This document shows positions 26,937 through 39,410 of a stretch of 64,000 nt of DNA, piece after piece. Position 1 is the stretch's first letter. Every line of letters starts with the position of its first letter. A model generated the notes under the pieces. It saw only the letters and a program-made list of their open reading frames with translations. It was not told the origin of the DNA and did not search any database. The stretch covers positions 32,001-96,000 of the forward strand of contig CAWFSF010000001.1 of NCBI GenBank assembly GCA_963818475.1. The letters run 5' to 3'. A program made the position numbers and the translations under genes. This DNA is from Nitrospirota bacterium (GTDB taxonomy: Bacteria; Nitrospirota; UBA9217).

Positions 26937-27861
26937 TTACTGCGCCAGGACCTGCATGGCTTCTTCGACGTCCTTGCGGATCTGGCGCACGAGGGAATCA
27001 ACATCAGAGAATTTTTCTTCACCGCGCAGGCGTTTCACGAACTGAACTTCCATCTGCCGGCCGTAGAGGTCTCCTTCGAATCCGAACAAATAAACCTCGA
27101 TGGAGACCGGGCCGGCGTCGAAGGTCGGCCGGATGCCGATGGATGCCACACCCTGAAAGCGGCGCCCTCCTGCATCGGCATGGACGGCGTAGACACCAAA
27201 AGCGGGCAGGACCTCGTTGGCAGTATGCAGATTGGCTGTGGGGAACCCGATCGTCTGGCCCCGATGGGCGCCATGCACGACCTCGCCCTCGATCGTATAG
27301 TGCCGGCCGAGCAGCTTTGACGCCTCCTCGATCTTGCCGCTCGAGATCAGGTCTCGAAGGATGGAACTGCTGACAACGACATTGTCGATGCGGACCGGCT
27401 CGATGACGCCCACCTCGAATCCGTAGGTCTTCCCCATCCGTTTGAGAGACTCGATGCTCCCTTCGCGGCCTTTGCCGAAGGCATAGTCGTAGCCGACATA
27501 CACCTCTCTGACGCCGATCGTCTTGTGCAGCACCTCCCGTGCAAAATCCTCGGGGTTCTGGTCGGCGAAGGAACGGGTGAAGTTGGCGCAGATGACCACG
27601 TCGAGGCCGGCAACCTCAAGGAGCCGCATTTTCCCGTGAAAGGTGTTCAGCAGGCGGGGGGAACGCTCCGGGAGCAAGCACTTTGAGCGGATGCGGTTCG
27701 AAGGTAAAGGCTACGCTGGTCCCTCCGATCTCCCGGGCGCGCTCGATCACTTTTTCGAAGATCGCCTGGTGTCCCAGATGCACGCCGTCAAAGTTTCCGA
27801 GGGTCAAAACCGGGTTCGGAAGCCGTTCAGATAAGTTTTTTATACCGCGGATAATTCTCAT
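26937..27861 (-). CDS. ribF: Bifunctional riboflavin kinase/FAD synthetase (one indel)
   Basis: LGNFDGVHLGHQ, FTFEPHP, VGYDYAFGKGREG, VSSSILR, IGFPTAN, RLRGEEKF. Confidence 0.95.
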
Positions 27862-28016
27862 GTGCGCAGGGATAATCGCACAATAGTATAAAATTGTCAA
27901 CATCCGGTTGCGCAAAATGTATTGACAATAAATCAGGCGCTATGATATAAAGGAAGTCTTTTGAAGCACTTAATCCTGCATGGCTGGCTGCGGGAGCTTG
28001 AACAAAGGATCGATCG

Positions 28017-29343
28017 ATGGCGACCATTACCCCCTTCCGGGGCATCATATATAACACTGAAAAAGCAGGCAAAATTACCGACCTTGTCTGTCCTCCCTAC
28101 GACATCATATCGCCGGCAGGCCAGCAGGAGCTGTATCGGAAGAGTCCGAATAACGTGATCCGGCTCGAATACGGGCTGGCGAGCCCAGGAGATACAGAGG
28201 AAGACAACCGGTATACCCGTGCGGCTGCTGTTCTGGAGGACTGGACCCGCAACACGATCGTGAAGCAGGAGCAGATTCCCGCCTTCTATATATACGAAAT
28301 GGAGTACAAGGCAAAGGGAGCCACGAAGAAGCTCCGGGGACTTATCTGCCTGGTCCGGCTCGAAGATTATGACTCCGGCATTGTGAAACCCCACGAAACA
28401 ACACTCTCAGGACCAAAAACGGACCGGCTCAACCTGCTCCGCGCGTGTAAAACGAGCTTCAGCCAGATATTCTCGCTCTTCTCGGACCCCCAGGCAAAGG
28501 TCGCAGGCGTCCTCGCCCGGACGACAGGCAAACCGGATATGGAAGTGAAAAGCAGCGACGGCGTGACCCACCGTATCTGGTCCTGGACCGATCGCCCGGG
28601 ATATCGAGTTCATTGTCCGCGAAATGGCTGACAAGCCTGTCTTCATAGCCGACGGCCATCACCGTTACGATACGGCGCTCAACTACCGAAATGAGCGGCG
28701 CAAAGCTGCAGGCTCGTTCACCGGCGAGGAAGGCTACAATTATGTGGCCATGTTCCTGGCCCGTTTGGAAGATCCGGGGCTTACGGTGCTCCCCGCCCAC
28801 CGCGCGCTGTTCAACCTGGCCGACTTTCATCCCCGGCGCTTCGAGGATGACCTGAACCAGTATTTCAATATCGAGCGCATCGACTTCGACAAACAGTCGG
28901 AGACCAAGGACCTGCTCACGGTCCTGGACACCATGGCGCACCGCGCCGACCATGCGCATATCTTCGGCATGCGGATCAAAGGCGAGCACAGCTACTACCT
29001 GCTGACGCTGCGGAACGAGGCGGACATGGATGCCCTGCTCCCGGCCAAGTCGCCCGCGTACCGGAGGCTGGACGTCTCGATCCTGCACCACCTGATCATC
29101 GACAAGCTGCTCGGGATCAAAATGGAGACCCACAAGCTCGGACTGAACATCGAATACATCAAGGACGCTGCTGAGGCGGACAAGCGGATACACGACAACG
29201 CCGCGGAGATCGTCTTCTTCATGAACCCGACGAAGGTGCGGGAGGTCAAGGAAGTGGCGGCAGCGGGCGAGCGCATGCCGCAGAAGGCAACGTACTTCTT
29301 TCCCAAGCTCCTGACGGGGCTGGTGATGCATAAGATAGAATAA
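28017..29343 (+). CDS. DUF1015 family protein (one indel near 28.6 kb)
   Basis: ITPFRGIIY, PPYDII, KPHETT, FIADGHHRY, MPQKATYFFPKLLTGL. Confidence 0.9.
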
Positions 29344-29346
29344 AGA

Positions 29347-29416
29347 AGGGTGCAGGGCACAGGGTTTACAGGAAATGCTGTTATTGCTTTTCCTGATCCC
29401 TGACCCCTGGACCCTG
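29347..29416. repeat. Heptamer-period inverted repeat (AGGGTNC / GANCCCT type)
   Basis: agggtgc agggcac agggttt acagg ... cctgatc cctgacc cctggac cctg. Confidence 0.7.
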
Positions 29417-29450
29417 TGGTTATTAATTTGACCCTCAAGGAGGCAATACC

Positions 29451-30459
<1,009 letters not shown>

Positions 30460-30591
30460 ACGATTCCAAGGACAAGTACCAAATACTAAGTCCAGGACCA
30501 AGCGTCAATTTCAAACGTTTCGAACATTGAAATTTGAACTTGATGTATCTGAGATTTGTGCTTTGGATTTGGATTTTCACCAAAGGTGACT

Positions 30592-31788
30592 ATGGATAAA
30601 AAGACCATCGAGAAGGTCGACCTGAAGGGCAAGCGGGTCTTCATCCGCGCTGACTTCAACGTGCCCTTCGACGAGAACGGCAACATCACCGACGACGGCA
30701 GGATCCGCTCCACGCTCCCGACGATCAATTACGCCCTCGACGCCGGCGCCAAGGTGATCCTCGCGTCGCACCTCGGCCGACCCAAGGGCAAACCGAACCC
30801 GAAGTACAGCCTGGCTCCGGTGGCGCTGCGGCTGAACCGGCTCCTGAACAAAGAAGTGAAGTTCGCCAAGGACTGCATCGGCCCTGATGTGGAGCATCTG
30901 GTCCAGGGCATGCGGCCCGGCGATGTCCTGCTGCTCGAGAACCTCCGGTTCCATGCAGAGGAAGAGAAGAACGACGAGGGCTTTTCCAAGGCCCTTGCCG
31001 CGTTCACCGATGTGTACGTGAACGACGCTTTCGGCACGGCCCACCGCGCCCATGCCTCCACCTACGGCATCACCAAGCACGTGAAGCAATCCGTGGCCGG
31101 GTTCCTGATGAAGAAGGAGATCGACTATCTCCAGAAGACCGTGGCGAATCCGGTACGGCCCTTCGTGGCGATCCTCGGCGGGGCCAAGGTCTCGGGCAAG
31201 ATCGGCGTGATCGAGAACCTCCAGAACAAGGTGCGACAAGATCATCGTCGGCGGCGCCATGGCCTTCACCTTCATCAAGGCGCGCGGCCAGGAAGTGGGC
31301 AATTCGCTCGTCGAACCGGAAATGCTCGAGATGGCCGCAGCGGATCCGCAAGAGCGCTCCGCGAAAGCAACGTCAAATTCTACCTGCCCGTCGATTTCGT
31401 CGTTGCCGAGAACATGAACGACGGCGCGACGACCAAGATCGTGACGTCCCAGGAGATCCCGAAGGGCTGGGTCGGGCTCGACATCGGCCCGGCAACGACC
31501 CGTCTCTTCGCAGAAGCGATCCAGGACGCCAAGACCATCATCTGGAACGGCCCCATGGGCATGTTCGAGAAGGACGCCTATTCGCGCGGCACCTTCGCCA
31601 TCGCGCGCTCGGTGGCAGACGCCTACGCGACCACCATCGTGGGCGGCGGCGATACGGACGTGGCCGTGCACAAGGCGGGCGTCTCCGACAGCATCACCTT
31701 CATCTCCACCGGCGGCGGCGCTTCGCTGGAGCTGCTCGAAGGCAAGGAACTCCCGGGACTTGCAGCGCTGACGGATGACAAGGAGTAG
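30592..31788 (+). CDS. pgk: Phosphoglycerate kinase (compensating indels mid-gene)
   Basis: [47 protein letters not shown]. Confidence 0.97.
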   Translation: MDKKTIEKVDLKGKRVFIRADFNVPFDENGNITDDGRIRSTLPTINYALDAGAKVILASHLGRPKGKPNPKYSLAPVALRLNRLLNKEVKFAKDCIGPDVEHLVQGMRPGDVLLLENLRFHAEEEKNDEGFSKALAAFTDVYVNDAFGTAHRAHASTYGITKHVKQSVAGFLMKKEIDYLQKTVANPVRPFVAILGGAKVSGKIGVIENLQNKVRQDHRRRRHGLHLHQGARPGSGQFARRTGNARDGRSGSARALRESNVKFYLPVDFVVAENMNDGATTKIVTSQEIPKGWVGLDIGPATTRLFAEAIQDAKTIIWNGPMGMFEKDAYSRGTFAIARSVADAYATTIVGGGDTDVAVHKAGVSDSITFISTGGGASLELLEGKELPGLAALTDDKE

Positions 31789-31903
31789 AACAAATACTCT
31801 CGGACACTGAAGGACACTGATTGTCTATGATGGACACCAATAGGAACACCGAAAAATTTCATCATACTAAATCAGTGTGAATCAGTGTCAAAAAGGAATT
31901 TCT

Positions 31904-32665
31904 ATGAACCCCAAACGCAGACCCATCATCGCCGGCAACTGGAAGATGAACAAGACTGCCGCCGAGGCGCGTGACCTGGCGAGCAAGCTCATCCCGCTCG
32001 TGTCAGGCGTCAAGGACCGGGATATCGTGCTGGCTCCGACCTTCACGTCGCTCCAGACCGTGGCCGAGACCATCAAGGGAACGAACATGGCCCTCGCGGC
32101 CCAGAACCTGTTCTGGGAGGACAAGGGCGCCTTTACCGGCGAGATCTCGGCTGAAATGCTGTTGGATTTGGGATGCAAGTATGTTATTATAGGCCACAGC
32201 GAACGGCGGCAGTACTTCGGCGAGACCGATGAGACCGTGAACAAGAAGGTCCGCCAGGCCCTGAACAAGGGGCTGTTGCCCATCGTCTGCGTCGGAGAGC
32301 TGCTGAGCGAGCGCGAGGCCGGCAAGGCGAACGACGTGATCGACCGCCAGGTGACGGGCGCGCTCAAGGGCGTGACCGCCGCCGAGATGCAGAAGATCGT
32401 CATTGCCTACGAGCCCGTCTGGGCCATCGGCACGGGCAAGACCGCAACACCGGACCAGGCGAACGAGATCCATGCCTTTATCCGCCAGAAGGTGAAGGCG
32501 ATGTACACTGCCGAGGTCGCGGAATCGCTCCGCATCCAGTACGGCGGCAGCGTCACCCCGGACAATGTATCGCAGCTCATGGCCATGCCGGATATTGACG
32601 GCGCCCTGGTCGGCGGTGCCAGCTTGAAGCCGGAATCGTTCGCAGCGCTGGTGACTTTCAAATAA
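31904..32665 (+). CDS. tpiA: Triosephosphate isomerase
   Basis: AGNWKMN, GHSERR, AYEPVWAIGTG, YGGSV, LVGGASL. Confidence 0.98.
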   Translation: MNPKRRPIIAGNWKMNKTAAEARDLASKLIPLVSGVKDRDIVLAPTFTSLQTVAETIKGTNMALAAQNLFWEDKGAFTGEISAEMLLDLGCKYVIIGHSERRQYFGETDETVNKKVRQALNKGLLPIVCVGELLSEREAGKANDVIDRQVTGALKGVTAAEMQKIVIAYEPVWAIGTGKTATPDQANEIHAFIRQKVKAMYTAEVAESLRIQYGGSVTPDNVSQLMAMPDIDGALVGGASLKPESFAALVTFK

Positions 32666-32712
32666 TCAAAGATTCAGGAAATTGTTCGGTTGTTAAAACT
32701 AAGGAGGCTTTC

Positions 32713-33040
32713 ATGGTTACAGCATTACTCACAACACTTCACGTCCTGGTGGCGACCATTCTGATCTTCATGGTCCTGCTCCAGAAGGGCAAGGGAGCGG
32801 ACATCGGAGCTGCTTTCGGCGGCGCATCGCAGACCATTTTCGGACCGCGGGGCGCACAGAGCTTCATGGCCAAGATCACGACCGGGGCAGCCGTTATTTT
32901 CATGATCACGTCGCTCACCCTCGCAATCAGCTCGTCCAAGAAAAGCTCGGTCATGCAGGGTATGCAGCCGGCAGAGCAATCGATGCCCTCAGCTGCGCCG
33001 CTTCGCTCCGGCACCTGCGCCGGCACCGGCCTCCAAATAG
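32713..33040 (+). CDS. secG: Preprotein translocase subunit SecG (indel in tail)
   Basis: VLLQKGKGADIGAAFGGASQTIFG. Confidence 0.93.
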
Positions 33041-33130
33041 TCGGGGAGCAGAAAGCGTCGATCGTACGTACCTATTCAGGGTAGGCCTTGCCTACCCTTT
33101 TATTTTATGTGCCGTGCATTTGAGACCCCG

Positions 33131-34710
33131 ATGACCAGACTGTACCTTTCCATACTTGCCTCCATGCTGCTCCTTTCAGCCTGCGGCCAGAAGACGGAAC
33201 GGACCCCCAATACCTTCGTCGAAAGCTCCATCGGCGACGCGCGCCGCCTGAACCCCGTTATCGCCAACGATTCGGCATCAGGCACGATCAACGACCAGGT
33301 CTTCACCGGACTCGTGAAATACGACAAGGACATCAAGCTCGATCGGCGACCTCGCCGAAAAATGGACGGTCTCGAACGGCGGCAAGACCATCACCTTCCA
33401 TCTCCGGAAGGGCGTAAAATGGCACGACGGCGTTGAATTCACTGCTGAAGACTGTTTGTTCACCTACAAAAAGTTCATCGACCCCAATGTTGCCACGCCC
33501 TACAGCAGCTCCTACATGGATGTGTCAAAAGCCGAGGTCCTCGGCAAGTACACCTTCCGGGTCACCTACAAGGAGCCCTTCTCTCCTGCCCTCGAAAGCT
33601 GGGCCGTGGGGATCATTCCCAAACATCTGCTCGAAGGCAAGGACATCAACACCGATCCGTTCAACAGGCACCCCATCGGCACCGGCCCCTATAAGTTCAA
33701 GGAATGGATCTCGGGCCAGAAGATCGTGCTCGATGCCAATCCCGATTACTACGAGGGCAGGCCGAACATCGACCAGTTCATCTACCGGATCATCCCCGAC
33801 AGTTCCACCATGTTCCAGGAACTGCTGTCCGGCGGGGTCGATTTCATGGGACTGAACCCGCTCCAGTATTTAAGGAAAAGCGAGACCCGCAGGATCCGCG
33901 AGAACTACCGCAAGTTCCGGTATCCGGCCAATGCGTTTACCTACCTGGGATACAACCTGACGAGCCCCCTGTTCGACAGCATCAGCGTGCGCCAGGCGCT
34001 GTCCTACGCCATCAACCGCCAGAGCATCATCGACGGCATCGTGCTCGGCATCGGCAGACCCTGCACCGGGCCCTACGCGCACGTGTCCTGGGCGTACAAC
34101 CCGAACGCCAGGAGCTATGACTACGACCCCGAGCGCGCACGCCGCATGCTTGCCGAGGCAGGATGGAGCGATCAGAACAACGACGGCATTCTCGAAAAGG
34201 ACGGCAGGCCCTTCCGGTTCACGATCATCACCAACCAGGGGAACAACGAACGCATCAGGACCGCCGAGATCATCCAGCAGAACCTGAAAGCGGTCGGTGT
34301 CGACGCGAACATCAGGGTCATGGAATGGCAGGCCTTTCTGGAGCAGATCGACAAACGGTCCTTTGACGCCATCATCCTGGGCTGGAGCCTGAGCCGCGAT
34401 CCGGACCTCTACGACATCTGGCACTCGAGCAAAACGAAAAAGGGCGAATACAACTTCATCGGGTACAAGAACGCAGAGGTGGACCGTCTTCTGGTGCGAG
34501 GGCCGCCGCACCTTTGACGTCGAAAAGCGCAAAAAGATATACTACCGGATCCACGAGATCCTGGCCGAGGAGCAGCCCTATGCGTTCCTCTACGTGCCGG
34601 ACGCAACCCCGATCGTGCACAAACGGTTCAAGGGCATCGAGCCCGCGCCGCTCGGCATCACCTACAATTTCATCAAGTGGTATGTGCCGAAGGATAGGAT
34701 GGAGTGGTAA
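33131..34710 (+). CDS. Peptide ABC transporter substrate-binding lipoprotein (family 5), indels
   Basis: LSAC lipobox, LRKGVKWHDG, PIGTGPYKFKEW, VRQALSYAINR. Confidence 0.9.
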
Positions 34711-34724
34711 TTCGAGTTTTTTTG

Positions 34725-34824
34725 GGACACGGATTTACACGGAAGGACCGGATAAGGCTTTAACCCTTAAAATATTCTGACCCATTACCTTTTTTATCCG
34801 CCTTTTCCGTGCACATCCGTGTCC
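34725..34824. repeat. Empty ACACGGAT-type inverted-repeat element
   Basis: ggacacggatttacacggaaggaccggataa ... ttatccgccttttccgtgcacatccgtgtcc. Confidence 0.85.
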
Positions 34825-34849
34825 AAAATGATTTTGCCTGTGCTTTCTT

Positions 34850-35833
34850 ATGCCTATAATTCAAGTCCATAATCTATCAAAGCATTTCAAGTCCCTCAAG
34901 GCCGTCGACGACATCTCCTTCACCGTGAACGAAGGCGAGGTCTTCGGGTTTCTCGGACCGAACGGCGCAGGCAAGACCACGACGATCAACATCCTCTGCA
35001 CGCTCCTGTCGCCCACGGCCGGCGCTGCCTCGATCGCGGGATACGACTGCGCCAAGAATCCCGATGAGGTCCGGACCGCCATCGGCATCATCTTTCAGGA
35101 CACGACCCTCGACACCGGCCTCACGGCGTACGAGAACCTGAAGTTCCACGCCTATCTTTATAACCTCGACCGTGCGCTTACGGAGCGCCGGATCGACGAG
35201 ATGCTGGACGTGGTCGAGCTCCAGAGCCGGAAGCACGACCTCATCAAGAACTTTTCGGGCGGCATGAAGCGCAGGCTCGAGATCGCCCGGGGGCTTCTCC
35301 ACTATCCGCGCGTGCTTGTTCCTGGACGAACCGACCATCGGCCTGGATCCGCAGACACGGAACACCATCTGGGACTTCATCAACACGCTCAGGAAAAAAG
35401 AAAAGATCACCGTGTTCATGACCACGCATTACATGGAGGAGGCGGAGAACTGCGACCGCATCGCCATCATGGACCACGGCAGGATCATTGCCATGGACAC
35501 GCCTGCCCGGCTCAAGGAAATGGTGCATGGCGATGTGATCACGCTCGTGACCTCGGACAACGAACTGGCCGGCAGGAGATCCAAAAGACCTTCGGCATGG
35601 AAGCCCGGGTGGAGAACGGCACGCTGTCGCTGGAGGCTGAAAAAGGCGATGAGCTCATTCCCAGGCTGATTCACGGGCTGTCCGTCACAACCCTCTCCGT
35701 GGGGCTCAAAAAACCGACGTTGAACGACGTCTTTCTCAGGCTCACGGGCAGGACCATCAGGGACGAAGGACCCCGGGACAACAAAGAGGTCACCAGGGAA
35801 TTCGTCCGCAGCCACCGGAGGGCCCAGCGATGA
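34850..35833 (+). CDS. ABC exporter ATP-binding protein (DrrA-like), indels
   Basis: GPNGAGKTT, FSGGMKRRLEIARG, FLDEPTIGLDP, TTHYMEEAE. Confidence 0.92.
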   Translation: MPIIQVHNLSKHFKSLKAVDDISFTVNEGEVFGFLGPNGAGKTTTINILCTLLSPTAGAASIAGYDCAKNPDEVRTAIGIIFQDTTLDTGLTAYENLKFHAYLYNLDRALTERRIDEMLDVVELQSRKHDLIKNFSGGMKRRLEIARGLLHYPRVLVPGRTDHRPGSADTEHHLGLHQHAQEKRKDHRVHDHALHGGGGELRPHRHHGPRQDHCHGHACPAQGNGAWRCDHARDLGQRTGRQEIQKTFGMEARVENGTLSLEAEKGDELIPRLIHGLSVTTLSVGLKKPTLNDVFLRLTGRTIRDEGPRDNKEVTREFVRSHRRAQR

Positions 35834-36599
35834 TCCAGTGGCGCCCGATCTACGTCATCTGTTTGCGGGAGTTCAAAAAGTTCTTCCGCGAAAAAAGCCG
35901 CCTCCTCGGCACCCTGGCCCGGCCCGTGCTCTGGCTCTTCGTGGTCGGCAACGGCATGAACTCGCTCATCAGGCCCCAGGCGGGGTTTTCCTATCTTCAG
36001 TTCATCTTCCCCGGCATGATCGGCATGACCATCCTCTTCTCGTCGATCTTCTCGTCCATCTCGATCGTCTGGGACCGGGAATTCGGGTTCATGAAGGAAA
36101 TGCTCGTGGCGCCCATCTCGCGCCTGTCGATCGTCATCGGCAAGGCCATCTCGGGCACGCTGATCTCCGTGGCCCAGGCGGTCATCATCCTGGTCCTCAT
36201 CCCCTTTCTCGGCATTCATCTGACCGTCCTGCAGTTCATCGAGGTCGTGGCCGTGGCCCTGCTCGTCTCGTTCTGCATCACCTCCTGGGCATCCTGATCG
36301 CCGCGCGGCTCACCTCCTTTGACGGCTTCAACATCATCATGAACTTTCTCGTCATGCCCATGCTCTTCCTGTCCGGCGCCATGTACCCGGTCATCGTCCA
36401 TGCCGCCTGCGCTCCGGCACCTGACCCATGATCAATCCGCTCACCTACGGCATCGACGCCTTCAAGCACGTCCTGCTCCGGAACGGTGCTCCGCCGCTCG
36501 GCCCGGAGTTTCCGCTCGCTCTCGACCTGTTGATCGTGACGGCGGTTTCGATCGTGCATGCTCACGCTTGCTGCGTTTTCGTTCAGAAGAAAGGAATGA
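35830..36599 (+). CDS. ABC-2 type permease (DrrB-like), indels
   Basis: YLQFIFPG, WDREFGFMKEMLVAP, PMLFLSGAMYP, NPLTYGIDAFK. Confidence 0.9.
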
Positions 36600-36878
36600 T
36601 CATGTCCCAATAATTGACAAAGGCAAATGATATGACGATAGCGATCTTGTTTATATCTCTCTCGAAGGACGATATAAGCCTAGCATCAATGCCGTTTCCA
36701 ATCCTACCATGAAAAAGTTATTTCGCTTGACAACTGCCCCCCATGCTATATTCGCCAAGTTATTGAACTTTCAAATTAAAAAATAATGAATGCTATCGGT
36801 TTGCTGTTTGATTTGGCCGCCGGTGATCTTTGCTCTCAAGGAACACTCACAGCAAGGCATTTTACACGATGATATTGT

Positions 36879-36933
36879 AAGGCTGTGGTTCGCACGACCC
36901 TGGTTTATGTGATGAATCACGGCCTTTTTATTT
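36879..36933 (+). terminator. Long hairpin plus U-tract, terminator/attenuator-like
   Basis: ggctgtggttcgcac pairs with gtgatgaatcacggcc, followed by tttttattt. Confidence 0.6.
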
Positions 36934-37013
36934 GCCTCGCGCGGAAAGCCCGTCCAGAGTCTGCACTTTTCTGTCCGTGGTCGCCCGTGCAGTTTATTAA
37001 TGCTGACCGTTTA

Positions 37014-37152
37014 TTGACTTTCGATAAAATAAGTAATACTATGTGTTAGTATTACCTCCGGAGGGACGCCATTGTTCATCAAGGAATTTGAATGGGACGA
37101 GGGCAATGTCGTGCATATTGAGCGTGGTCATGGCGTAAAGCCCGACATATAG
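37014..37152 (+). pseudogene. Truncated BrnT-family toxin with promoter and palindromic operator
   Basis: 37072-37152 LFIKEFEWDEGNVVHIERGHGVKPDI*; TTGACT-17-TACTAT; operator GTAATACTA-N5-TAGTATTAC (37033-37055). Confidence 0.7.
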
Positions 37153-37224
37153 GCTCGTTGAAAATGGCTACTTTTGGTACGATACATTTTGAAAACCAGT
37201 AGCTTATCGTGGTCTGACCCGTAC

Positions 37225-37397
37225 CCAGGAGATTAATTTACGGTCCCGATCGCTGCCGAAGACGCGGGCGAGTACGTGCCGACCGTGAACATTCCCGAGC
37301 TTATTGCAACGCTCAAAAGCAGATGCGCGCGTCGGCATGAGCACAGGACTTCGAAACTGCCGCAAAACTGCGTGACAAGATCAGTCTCTGAAACAGA
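37225..37397 (+). pseudogene. Degraded 3' fragment of uvrB (UVR domain)
   Basis: FTVPIAAEDAGEY..IPELIATL / KQMRASA* / DFETAAKLRDKI across frames. Confidence 0.65.
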
Positions 37398-37429
37398 ACG
37401 GCCATATGCGTGAAGGTTGGAGTGATGAA

Positions 37430-38002
37430 ATGAGGCTTCTCATCGTATTGATCGCAATCGTTCTTCTTACCGGAACTTCCTTTTCGCGGAACAGCGCATG
37501 GCAGACTGATGCACTACTCTGGGGAGATGCACTGTTAAAGTCGCCGATGAAATCACGAGTGCACCATAATTTAGGGATGGACTACAGCACCCGGGAAATG
37601 CTGGATCAAGCCGCGGAGCACTATTTGATAGCGATAAGGTTAAAGCCTGATTTTGCCGACAGTCATAAAAATCTCGGTAACGTTTATCTTGCTCTAAAGA
37701 GGATTGATGAGGCTAGGCATGAATTTGAATTAGCCCTTCAACTCAACCCTACCCTGACCTTCGTGAATTTCATCCTGGGCGAAATATATTCGGGCAGTGG
37801 CCGGCTACAGGAAGCGGAGAAACACTACCTCGCAGCCCTCAAACTCAAGCCATCCTCGCCCTATATCCATAACAGTCTCGGTTTACTCTATGAGAAACAG
37901 CAGAGGCCCAATGCCGCCATCAGGGAGTTTGAAACAGCGGTAGCAATCTTCCCTGATTATCGTGAAGCAATAGAAAATTTTCACCGAGTTCGAGGAAAAT
38001 AG
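37430..38002 (+). CDS. TPR protein matching the last TM + TPR module of TMTC-like proteins
   Basis: TM helix then RNSAWQTDALLWGDALLKSP..RVHHNLG and about 4 TPRs; parallels RNNVW..LWQDTVHKSP in 42048-43793. Confidence 0.8.
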   Translation: MRLLIVLIAIVLLTGTSFSRNSAWQTDALLWGDALLKSPMKSRVHHNLGMDYSTREMLDQAAEHYLIAIRLKPDFADSHKNLGNVYLALKRIDEARHEFELALQLNPTLTFVNFILGEIYSGSGRLQEAEKHYLAALKLKPSSPYIHNSLGLLYEKQQRPNAAIREFETAVAIFPDYREAIENFHRVRGK

Positions 38003-38004
38003 TA

Positions 38005-38122
38005 CTAGTACACCGTCAACTTAATTGTTGATGGCTTCACACCGTCATTCTGGCTTAAATCGTGCCGGGTTGACGAGAAAAATGGCACAATACCATCAAA
38101 AACTACATTTACGGTGTACTAG
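38005..38122. mobile_element. 118-bp MITE-like element with 30-bp imperfect terminal inverted repeats beginning CTAG
   Basis: ctagtacaccgtcaacttaattgttgatgg ... ccatcaaaaactacatttacggtgtactag. Confidence 0.7.
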
Positions 38123-38171
38123 CTAGTTATTTCGTGCAGAACAAAAATCCCCGTGCCCTTAACAATAGCCC

Positions 38172-38803
38172 ATGCGTAAACTGAACGGCGTGTATACCTA
38201 GCTCTTCAACAAATGGCAGGCAGGACCGGTCATCTATTCCAGGGTAGGTACAAGCCCATCCTCATCGAGAAGACAGCCATCTTCTTGAACTATGCAGGTA
38301 CGTGGTACTGAATCCCATGCGCGCAAAGATGATCGAAAAACCGAACGGAAATGGTCCAGCTATCTCGCAACCGCAGGGAAGGCCAAACCCATCCGAGCCT
38401 GACGACAATTGGGTGTTGGAACAATTTAGCCGGAAACGAGGCAAGGCGGAGCAGGAGTATCGGCAGTTTGTCCCTTGGGGGATAGGCAGAAGACCATCTG
38501 GACCGAAGTGCGTGGACAGTCGCTCTTAAGGGAACAGCTTTATAGTTAAACTTACCGATCACCTCAAGAAGCACAAGGACATCCCCGAGATACCACGGAG
38601 CCGCGATATGCGTCGAGGCCGTCGCTTGCGGTTCTGTTGCCTGAGGGATTGCGCAGAACCAGAAGAGACTCAAGAGGCGATTATCTGAAGGGGTGGAACA
38701 ATATGGCTATCGCCAAAGCGAGCTTGCCCGTCATGTAGCGGTGCACTACTCGACAGTCAGCCGTTGGCTTCGCGAGCATGAAAATACACGGAGAAAGACT
38801 TGA
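38172..38803 (+). pseudogene. REP-associated / IS200-like Y1 transposase remnant with C-terminal HTH, 5'-truncated, stops and frameshifts
   Basis: MRKLNGVYT*, GHLFQGRYKPILIE, LLELCRYVVLNPMRA, YGYRQSELARHVAVHYSTVSR. Confidence 0.8.
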
Positions 38804-38849
38804 CCTAACGACCACCCGGCAATGGTAAACAAATTGATAACCGCATAAA

Positions 38850-38882
38850 CTGTGGCGAGAAAATTTCACTTTCTCGCCACAG
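38850..38882. repeat. 13-bp-stem palindrome downstream of the transposase remnant
   Basis: CTGTGGCGAGAAA-N7-TTTCTCGCCACAG. Confidence 0.6.
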
Positions 38883-39410
38883 GATGGGCTTTTTCATTTG
38901 ACGGGCGCCTTCAAATTGGTGACCCTTTTTTAATTTTTTCTTGACAATTAAAATGCCACTATGTTACAGTCACATCTGATAAAAAGATTTCTCTCCATCT
39001 GCTATCCGGGAACGAATCTATACCTTCGCATTTCAGAATTCCTACGCATCCGCCTCCGCGCCTCTAATAGGACAGCATTACTTACTACATTCAAATTTTC
39101 ATACTTCTCTATTGTGATAGCACAACGAAGCCTTCACGGTCCGCAGGGGCCGACCAGTTACGTATTGAAATGTGAATCGCGTGACGCTCGGAACGCGCTT
39201 TTTGCGTTGTGCGAAATACACATAAACTCGTGAGCTGAAAAAACGAATGGACGGTTTGATGAGGGAGAGCTGGTCAAGTGAAACGTTCTACCCTATTTAA
39301 CAAGCAGGTGACAATTTCCGCGGCAAGCAAATATAGCACCAGGTTCGCTAGGCTGCGACTTTCAGAGGCTATCAGAACAGACCGATACAAATAAAGCCAG
39401 GAGGTATGGA

